64,000 bases of DNA, taken from Octopus vulgaris. Taxonomy: Eukaryota. The position numbers and the translations under genes are program-made. This document shows, piece by piece, positions 54,708 through 64,000 of this stretch. Numbering within the stretch: the first letter of the stretch is position 1; every line of letters begins with the position of its first letter. The notes under the pieces are model-generated. The model was given only the letters and a program-made list of their open reading frames with translations. It made no database searches and had not been told where the DNA came from. Location of the stretch: positions 39,308,001-39,372,000 of the forward strand of contig OX597826.1 of assembly GCA_951406725.2 (NCBI GenBank), written 5' to 3'.

Positions 54708-54960
54708 CGCGGTTGAAGTTAATGACGATTTTATTGAATAGATTTACTCTAGTATTTTAAGATATTTTTATGTAATTTTGGTAAATCTATTCAATACAAT
54801 CGCCATTAACTTCAGCCACGGCCTCCAGACGACTTCGGAATCTCTTGCAACTCTTCTGGACTGTCTCCTTGTTTGAGTTGGTGAATGCTGCCATAATCAT
54901 TGCCTTCAGTTCATCTTTGGGTTTACAAGAAGTTTTGTTGGTCTCTCGCTAAACTGTTGG
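54708..54960 (-). mobile_element. maT-like transposase C-terminal fragment with fold-back of its 3' end
   Basis: RETNKTSCKPKDELKAMIMAAFTNSNKETVQKSCKRFRSRLEAVAEVNGDCIE*; ~40-bp IR 54708-54748 / 54781-54821. Confidence 0.75.
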
Positions 54961-55597
54961 TATCTCGCTAATGTGTGTGTGTGAACGTGAATGTAATTTA
55001 TGCACGTCCACAAATTAGCATGCATGTCGCTCCAATTTTAGGAGGACATTCGTCACGATCCTAGCTATATTTTCGTCAAATTATTTTTCCCAAGCGGTAA
55101 AAGTCGATTTTCAACCACAACTTTTACCAATTTTGAAGTTTGCTAACATAAGTTAAGTCCCTTCTTGCCATAGCGAAGTGAAAATGTGTGTGTGTGAGGG
55201 AGAGAGAGAATTTGTGTGTTGATGCATGATTGTTTGTGTGAGGGAGAGAGAGTGAGTGACAGCATTCACTAACAATAAAAATGTAAATTTCTTAAACACG
55301 AGATACAGTCTTCAATTTTAGGATGTTTTTGAAAGACACTTTATTTTATAATCAGATTATATATACTTTCTTACACGACAATTAAAATATACTTATTTTA
55401 AATCACTTATTTATTTATTTTAAATCGGTCATCTTTCTCTCCCCTCTCTCAAACACACACACTACTTTGAGTGCGAAAAAGTTTTGATTTTACTTTGCGC
55501 CGAAGAAAAAAGTGTTTTGTTGAGAATCCATTTCTTTAACAACAAAGAAACAACGAGGTAGGTATCAATTTGTCAGTGAATTACAATATAAATGGGT

Positions 55598-56022
55598 AAA
55601 ATTTCCGAGGCTTCCACCACACCCATCCCGTTTTTCGGATCACAAAAAGGGTTTTGTAGCATATTAAGAGGTCAGAGTAGTTGATTCCACGCAAAAAATC
55701 GGATTTTTTTTTCTTAGTGAAAATCGTGCAAGTGTTATCTAAAAATTTGCCTGGAGTTTTTCATTGTAAATTTGAGATTAAAAACAAATGTTTTCCATAT
55801 TCTTAATCTCCATATTTTCCACGTACATTGAAGAATAGATGGTGAAAAGATCAATGGGTGCGTGTGTGTGTGAAATTTCCGAGGCTTCCACCACACCTCA
55901 CCCCATTTTTCGGACCACAAAAAGGGTTTTGTAGCACATTACGCGGCTAGGGTAGTTGATTCCACGCAAAAAATCCGATTTTTAAAAAATTCTTAGTGAA
56001 AATCGTGCAATTGTTAATCAAA
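55598..56022. repeat. Two ~145-bp direct repeats (55598-55745, 55873-56022) in an unclassified element
   Basis: AAATTTCCGAGGCTTCCACCACAC..CACAAAAAGGGTTTTGTAGCA..GTAGTTGATTCCACGCAAAAAATC..CTTAGTGAAAATCGTGCAA twice. Confidence 0.85.
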
Positions 56023-56199
56023 AAAATTACCAACCTTTTTTCTATTCATTTCTGTTTATGAAATTCTCTGTAAGTAATTTTGTTTTCTCGGTAGTCAAGG
56101 CAAATGATGACTGGCAAAGCAACAGTGCCCTAATGCCGATATATTAAGTACCAGTACCTTGACCTCTAGTAGAAAGGATCATCATCCTTATCATTATCA

Positions 56200-56259
<60 letters not shown>

Positions 56260-56499
56260 GTTTATTAATCGAGGTTTACTGAGTATATTAAAGTTTATAC
56301 TGAGTCCGTGGTGATATTTTAAGGGTGAAACGAAGATATTTGGATGTAGAAGTAAATGTAAAGTTAAAATACGGTATTGTGTGTAATACGTGTAGAAAGT
56401 TCAGTATAAGTATTAGGTTCGACTGTTGGAGGGACTAGAAAGAAGTATGGAAACAGAATGAAACAAAACTATGACTCTATGGAAGATACTACTCTCTGT

Positions 56500-56845
56500 T
56501 TGAGAAAAATATTAGCTGTAAACAAACAAAGCATTAAAAATTTTTTAGCATAATAAAACTGTAAGCATATAAAAAATATTATTTCGTACAGAAAATATTA
56601 GCTGTTTGTATAAAAAATTCATTAGCTGTATGTATATAGAAGATATCAGTGCTTGCATAAAAATATTAGATGTATATATTAGCTGTATGTATAAATAATG
56701 TATATATTAGCTGTATGTAAAAATAATATATTGGCTATGTATATAAAGAATATATTTACTTCAATATACGAAGAGAATATTACTGTGTGTATAAGGAAAA
56801 TATTAGCTGCGTATATAAAGAAATTATTTGCTGCATGTATAAAGA
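56500..56845. repeat. Degenerate ~21-bp minisatellite (AAAATATTAGCTGTATGTATA)
   Basis: Repeated ATATTAGCTGT core. Confidence 0.75.
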
Positions 56846-56861
56846 CTATATTATGTCGTAA

Positions 56862-57120
56862 TGGGCGTAGCTGTGTTGCTTCTCAACGACATGGTTCCAG
56901 GTTCAGTTCCCCATCACCGCTTGACAACCGGCGTTAGATTTTTTAAGTCTCCGTAACTTAGCGGTTCAGCAAAACAGATGGATAGAATAAGTACTAGGCT
57001 TAAACAGTGAGACCTGGGGTCGATTTGTTCGACTAAAACCCCTTAAGGCGGTACTCCAGCATGGCTACAGTCAAATGACTGAAATAAGTAGCAGAATAAA
57101 AGAATATGTGTGTATGTATG

Positions 57121-57173
<53 letters not shown>

Positions 57174-57395
57174 ATGTGTGTCTTTGTGCCTCTGTTTGTT
57201 CCCACCACCGCTTGACAACCGGTGTTTGTTTACGACCCGGTAACAGAGCGGTTCGGCAAAAGTAGCCGATGGAATAAGTACGAGGTTTTAAAAAAATAAG
57301 TACTGGAGTCGATTAATTCTTCTTTAAATTCTTCAAGGTGGTGTTTTCTGCATGACCGCAGTCAATTGACTGAAACAGATATAAGATAGTAAAAT
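56862..57395 (+). mobile_element. Two tandem SINE family B 3' modules separated by (TG)n
   Basis: CCGCTTGACAACCGG..GAATAAGTAC..GTCGATT..GACTGAAA at 56910-57100 and 57180-57390. Confidence 0.8.
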
Positions 57396-57989
57396 TAGAA
57401 AAAAAGAGAACAGCGAGCTTACCGTGAACCGATAAAAATCCAACGTTTCGGATAAGTGCCCTACTGGGAAAAATTGAAAGGAGAAAAATTAATGAGAGAC
57501 AACAGTTTTGCATCCTTTAATTAACAAAAGGAAAAACAAATAAATAAAAATCGAAATGAAATTTGGCAAAGAAAAATGCGTTAAATCATCCCTGAAGAGT
57601 GGAAAATTAATCAAGGTTGCTACTCTCATACTTTATAAAGAAACTGAGATGAGTGAATTAAGTCGACCGCTGACATGCAAATCATTGTGAGTGAATGCAC
57701 TACATATGTACAACACATACAAATGAAAGAAAAAGTTAAATGCATTAGATTAATACGTGAAACAGATTAATACGTGAAATATGCATTGACAGTTCAACCA
57801 GCACACATATCTACCAACACCGGGAAATCTCTTAGCTCAAAAAGACTTGTTGCTTTGTTAGGCATTGGCTAGAATGCTCTTAAGAACTTAAATAAACTCG
57901 AAGAAAAATCATATAAATCCATCCATCCATTCACCGTACGTACATACGTACGTACATACATACATACATACCTACATACATACATACAA

Positions 57990-59468
57990 AGGATATAGGG
58001 TAGGAAATTTGTCAAGGTAAATGTTACGATGTGTTTGTGAAAAGAGGGAAAACTGTAAACCAAACCAGCAACACCTCTATTAATGACTGAACTTTTTCCC
58101 CTATATCTGATAAAGAATTTTACGGGCATCTAGAGGTGGATGAAGACATCTTACAATGGCGCCTGTAGCAAAACATGTGTCGTTAAAGAGTATTACAGCC
58201 GAATAAAGTAACTCTATGCATTCAATAAAACAGTGACCCACAATGTGTTTGCAGCACCAATACTCATAACAACATTTGACTTACTTGATTGTGAAAATCC
58301 GGAAGATACTAACCAGATAATTTCCACATTAACAGCGATGTAGACTGCCGCTGCTTATAACAAAAAGAAGAGGGAAGAAACTTAAAATCGATCCAGACCG
58401 CTTTTGAGTGTCGTATGATATCCTTTTGGCAACATCTTTTAATCTACATGCCCAAAGAAGTCGTACGAATTTACCGCAACGTATCATCAAAGGAAAGGAC
58501 GAAGACCATGTATGGATATGTTAGAAGAAAGCCCCGGGACGGTAGTGACATTGATCAGTCTTTCATGAACCAACGACCGGATTATTAACTCCCACTTTGG
58601 AGGGTATGTGTACACTTTTGTGCAACAGGAAATATCAACCAAATACCTGATGCACAAAAGAGACAGAGGTAAGGGAAAAACAGCAAAATATGATAAACGA
58701 TGCAGACCTTGTGCTGTTCACACTGGAGATATCAACCACATTATGAGCAGTTGTCCGAAAATGTCATCACGGTATTATCTATCGATGAAACATGATGTTA
58801 TAGCTAAGACACTGTATAATGAGACCCGTCTGAAGGCTAAACCCGAGGCCAAATAAATAAGAACCCAAGTATGGTAGAAGCCATAGCCATTCATAATAAA
58901 AAGGAGTACTGACGGAATGTCTCAGTGAAAACTCCAAGAAAATGTAAACATAATAGACTTGACATAGTGATTTGCGATATAGAAAAGAAACTGTGTACAG
59001 TTGGGGAAATCAGCTGCCCAGCTGATATTAACATAAAACTGAAGATCAGCGGAAGAGAAAATACCTACGCTGCACTATGGAGAAATCCACAGTTATTCTA
59101 TCCATATTACGCGTTCAGGTTTATACCTTTAATTATTGAAGCATTGGGATATGTAACACACTGCCTAAGTACCAATCTTGTAAAATTGGGTTTCTCAAAA
59201 TCAGAAAGAAGGCTGATTCGAAGACTATAGATCGAAGCCGATATTTAGCATTGTAAAAATCTACAAATCTTTCCAGAAGTTTATCATTTAAGCATATATG
59301 AGCATGTTTAGACAAGCAATACATACATAAAACAAAACATAACAATCTACGCACATACATACAAAAAATACTCTGTTGATGTTGAAATTCCAATGAAGGA
59401 GCCTTGGATCTAGGTTAGAAACGGGCTTTCCTTATTGTTAAGGAATCTTGAAAGAAAACCGAATAATC
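57990..59468 (+). mobile_element. R4/Dong-like non-LTR retrotransposon 3' part, decayed
   Basis: QQEISTKY..CRPCAVHTGDINHIMSSC..KHDVIAK (CCHC finger); KHNRLDIVICD..GEISCP..FIPLIIEALG (restriction-like endonuclease). Confidence 0.85.
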
Positions 59469-59821
59469 ACGCACTCACACACACACACACACACTTTTAA
59501 ATATTAAATAACATTTTATAGGATCTTCTCATACAAATGGGGAGAAAGGCAGAACTTTTTGGCACAACTCCACAATTACTATGGTGATGCTTCGTAAATT
59601 AGCAAGTGACGGAATAAAGTGTCTTTGTATCAAACAGATCCCTAAAAAACATACAAGTGATTTTTTCCTTTCTAAACAACTGTTATTGACTGACATCTTA
59701 ATATACTCAACTTAGTAATGGGCTGATACATACTCTAGTTATGTCCTGTATTACACCATGCTGTAAGATTTTAATATATGAACATTACTTTGTTAGTAAT
59801 GCACTCGATATTGCGATAAAC

Positions 59822-60197
59822 TATTCCCAATAAAGAATTGCATCATGGAAGATGTTTATGAGCCATTTAAAAAACATACAAAAACCGTTAGATTCACTTC
59901 AACATCCAAATTTAATTTGTGTCAAAATATTTTCTTCGCTTTGAAACCGCCACCTGTTCACTGACAAAATTTCGAGATGCAGTACTAAATTTTGTGATTG
60001 AACAGGTGGCGGTTTCAAAGCGAAGAAAATATTTTGACACAAATTAGATTTAAATGTTGAAGTGAATCTAACGATTTTTGTATGTTTTTTAAATGGCTTA
60101 TAAACATCTTCCACGCTGCAATTGTTTTTGTTTCAGCACACGATCGCAGATCAAATCCCTTGCTATGCAAATCCATCTCCGTTATTCCCAATAAAGA
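59822..60197. mobile_element. Fold-back insertion (arms ~59835-59970 / 59987-60123) flanked by a 15-bp direct repeat
   Basis: TATTCCCAATAAAGA at 59822-59836 and 60183-60197; arms nearly complementary. Confidence 0.85.
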
Positions 60198-60291
60198 TAT
60201 ATAGATATGTGATATTATACAAATGATATATACTGAAAACTTTATGGTCTATATTAGTGAGTATTAATGTATATAGCTACAACTGAGTTAC

Positions 60292-62289
60292 TGTTATAAT
60301 CCAACGTCGGACTGGTATAACGCTCGCTCAGGTATAGCAGTATAGTTAGATAAGTATGACATGACTATCTATGAAAGACTACGCTTGTAATGACTAACAC
60401 ATACCACTCGTCACGTGGGCGTCCCATTATCATTATTATTATCCCTATAAATTCTCCCCTTTTAAGTTTTTTCTTGGGGAGTGTAATTTTATTTCTTTTT
60501 ATTAGCAATAATTTTTTCATCACACCACCTCCCTGTTTTGAGTCTTTTTTTCATACAGTTACAAATTTAATATTTGTTTTTGTTTGGCATCCACTTCCGG
60601 AACTCCGTACATTTTCTTTTCCTTTCGCTTGTGCGTCTGGGTTCAATTACTTGTAGTGGCATTGGTACTTGAAAAGTATCATACAATCATTATGTTGGTT
60701 CTTCCATTTTCTTGGATTCGCTCTCAACGAATCTTTTTTAAGTTGATTCACGTGTCTCTTGTATGCTCCTTTTTTTCCTTTTTACAAGTATAGCAACTTT
60801 GTTTTCCGCTCTTATATGCCGAAACAAATACCTTTTCACCAGTTTTGAAATATGTCGATGTACTATCCATTCCAAGCTTCCTTTTCTTTACCAGGCAGCA
60901 ATTTGTCGAAAACTGCTTTTATTTTCTTCGCAAACATCGACTTCATTGGTGACATGCCTGATGATGTGTTTGGATTTGGTACCACACATTATTCTCTGAA
61001 GAATTTGTAAATGTAAAACGCCAACCCCTTAACTACGAAAACCTTTCTACATGCGCTGTTTGCTAACTCTGGCGCAATTTGTATCTTTTGAGTTTAAAAA
61101 GTTCTATAAAACGGTCGTAGTAGAACATGTAACTACGGCTCCATAAGATTCCAGATCTAACGGACAAGCAGATCGCTTTGTCGATACGTTCAAGTGAGCC
61201 CTAAGAAAGTAGAATAAGGAAGTTTAGTACACTCTTGATTTCTATTCTGTCTGTTTCGCACTTGTTTCACTTGGGAGCAATCTTGAATTTATTATTCTTT
61301 CACACTCTTCTGACACTTGTTGTAAGCTTGGCTTTGTTCCAGGTTAGCGAGAATTCTTGTTCTTACTTCTGCGTCTTTTTCTGCAGTTAGTCCTTGAGTA
61401 AATAGCAGGCACTTGATCATATATGGCGTTAATTCGTCCATTTGAAATTTTCACATTCTCTGTTAACTCTCCTAGCATATGTGGTGTAGTCGTCTTCGTT
61501 GTTCTTTTCTAGATTCAAGCATTTTCAGCGTGTTTTGAACAAAGAGCATTTCTCGCTAAAGGTTTTACACAAAATGCCTATTGTATTTCTAAAGTTTATA
61601 TCAGAAGGGTTTTCGGGAGTACGTAATTGCTGTAACGCTCATGTTCTCCTGCTGCCAGTTTTGTTAGGATTAGACGCGTTTTCATATCGTCGTCCCAAAC
61701 TTTGCACACTTTAGTACGCCTCAAAGGTAACTTCTTCGTCTGGGTCATACTTAAATTCCGTCATTGAATTAGCAACATAATCTGGCAAGAACATCTTTTC
61801 AGCATTTTTGGACGGCTTACTATTCAGTAATTGCAGCATTTGTTATTGTAATAGTAATTGTTGTTGTTGTTCTTGCAGTAATAATTGTTGTTGTTTTTCT
61901 TGGTGTTGTTGTTCCTGCTTTTGCTTTTCCTGCAGTTGTTGTTGTTACTGTTTCTGCAGCTCGAACAAACCAGCCAACAAATATTCCATAATTTTAGGGT
62001 TTTGTATACCGTAAAATTCGCACAGGAAACTCTTGTGAGTTTCGTAACTCCTTGTGAGTTTGTTTAACCCTCTTGAGTTTGTTAATTTCTCGCTGCCACT
62101 GTTGTAATCTAACATCAGACTGTTATAACGTCCACTTCAGTATAGCAGTATAGTTAGTTAGACAAGTAAGGCACGACTGTCTCTGACCGACTACGCCGAC
62201 TTCTCGACGTCACAATATTTGTAGCAACTATCACATATCACTCCCCTCGTGGGAGGGGGTGTTCCATTATTATTGTTATCCACATAACA
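60292..62289 (-). mobile_element. Internally deleted Gypsy (Mag-like) LTR retrotransposon
   Basis: LTRs 62100-62289 and 60292-60451; TSD GTTAC (60287-60291, 62290-62294); PBS TGGCAGCGAGA (62088-62098); PPT AAAAGGGGAGAA (60452-60463); gag-like MTEFKYDPDEEVTFEAY..KCLLFTQGL..VRTRIL; integrase SNGQADRFVDTFK and SP..MFAKKIKAVFDKLLP. Confidence 0.92.
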
Positions 62290-62601
62290 GTTACAAATAT
62301 AAAGAAATATTCCTTTTTCATCTCTTCATGTGTAAGGGAAATAAAACAGTGACTGAAATGTAATTCCAAACTCAAATCGTAAATCAATAGTAACTACCGA
62401 AATGATTGATAATTCCACTGTCTGTTACTCTGGTGTACTTTGCTTTATCTTGTAACCTTTTACAATTCTATATTGAAATTAAAATTTGATTAATTTAATA
62501 GCTTTAAAGATTTGTTTTGAAATAATTATCTCCTTTCTAATAACCGATTATTCGCTTTAGTTTATAATCTGCTGCTAAATCCTATTCTTTTATGCTAATT
62601 A

Positions 62602-64000
62602 CACTGGGTAACGCCAGTTTTGCTTCTCTAAATGTGCTTAGTGTTTCTAAGGTAATTTTTCTCTTGATTTCAAAAATACTCTTGAAAATTGCATAGTATC
62701 AATATTTTAGGAGATAACTTCGGTTTTCTAGAGAATGGGAACAAAATTTAGCTGCGATTGTACTGTATTCAAATTATTCACATTGTACATTAATAGGAAC
62801 TAAAATATTTTGTCCTAATATTTATTTTTAAACTAATGAGACATGTGAGCAAAACTATGATGAGATTATAATAAGATTTTACTAGAAATGCACCGAAGAT
62901 CGTGCTCTCCTACTCTGAGCTCCTTTATCTTTACGCAACAATGACCATATATAGTCTCCCATCATTGCAGTGTCCCATCTTCCTTGGTATATTTTCTCCA
63001 TTGTAGCAATGTCCTGATGGAATCTTCCTCACTCACTTGGCATAAGCTTTCACGAAAAAGTCTAAATGCGAATGCAAGAAGTGTACCTTTAATGACATCC
63101 TACTGCCAAAATTCTTATAACTCTCAATAAGTTTTGCTACGAACTGCTTGTAGTTTGTTATTACCAAGGAATCCATTGACAATACTTCAAAATGCACACC
63201 GTGCCTGTCCTTCTAGACCACTCATCACATTTTCAAGCTTTACTGACCTCAGCATTTTCTTTACTTGAGGTCCAGTAAATATAACATCCTTAACGTTTGC
63301 CTCTTTGCAAAGAGTAGACGAATCTCTTGAAATGCTTCTCCACCACAATCTAGATCCGTTACAAACTGTTTTACCAGACCCAGCTTTATGTGAAGTTAAG
63401 AACACTTTTGAAGGTTCTACAAGAGGTTGTCTTATGACATTTAGCTTTCCTGGCTGGAGGTCATCTCTTAGAGGCAACTCAGCCTTTTGGTAATGTTCAT
63501 GATCAGCCCTGCTGTCCCTTTGGCAAAGAAAATATGAATACTTAGTGTACCCATCCTGTAATCCAAGTAAGAAGGCAAGCATTTTTAAGTCAGCACAAAC
63601 ATCCCATTTAAACTTATCATAGTTTACTTTATCAAGAAGCTCTTTACATTATCATATTCTTCCTTCATCTATACTGAGTATGCAATAGACAGGGATGGAT
63701 GCTGATTTCTATTGTGTAATAAAGCAGTTTTGAAACTCTTGTTGAGCTATCTCTGAAAAGTCGCCATTCTTCAGGGTTGTGGTAAATTCCAGTAACTGTA
63801 AACAAGCCACTTTGCAGAAGCAGAGACACTCACTTATGTCAAAGTATACTGCAAATTACTCATGGCGCCTCCTGTATATTGTTAACCTGCAGTCCTTCCC
63901 CAAGAGATTCCATTAATGGTTCCTGACTCAAATGATTCATCTATTTCTTCGTTGTTATCACCTCCAGACACTCCTGCTGAGACCTCCATCATATCCACTA
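62602..64000 (-). mobile_element. Chapaev3-like (CMC) DNA transposon; transposase pseudogene ending at 62882
   Basis: EWRLFRDSS, CADLKMLAFLLGLQDGYTKY..FLC..DSRA, HKAGSG (frameshifted LHIKLGL), MSLKVHFLHSHLDFF, RFHQDIATME..YQGRW..GDYIW; terminus TTA|CACTGGGTAAC. Family name from recall of motifs. Confidence 0.75.

Overview
AT-rich, repeat-saturated metazoan genomic DNA. The SINE families and the extreme (TA)n/(CA)n/(TATG)n/(TAA)n load suggest an octopus/coleoid cephalopod genome (inference, not verified). The only credible host-gene signal is one + strand first coding exon (11080-11267). It has a signal-peptide-like segment, two N-glycosylation sequons, a KTKR furin-like site and a GTAAGT donor, and sits behind a SINE-free putative long 5' UTR. 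No downstream exon was recognised, so the remaining ~52 kb may be one intron. The rest is decayed mobile DNA: several Penelope-like element (PLE) fragments (RT and GIY-YIG), an APE+RT LINE, R4/Dong-like LINEs nested in (TAA)n arrays, a deleted Gypsy (Mag-like) LTR element with intact 5-bp TSD, Tc1/mariner elements (DD36E and DD37D/maT-like), a Chapaev-like transposon, Helitron-type elements and many tRNA-derived SINEs. The most notable unexplained signal is a set of distinct minimal hammerhead-ribozyme motifs. Several lie inside head-to-head fold-back repeats bordered by (TA)n, and one family has a conserved non-canonical core. Nearly all ORFs in the supplied track are microsatellite artefacts. 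All family assignments come from motif recognition by eye; no database search was run.
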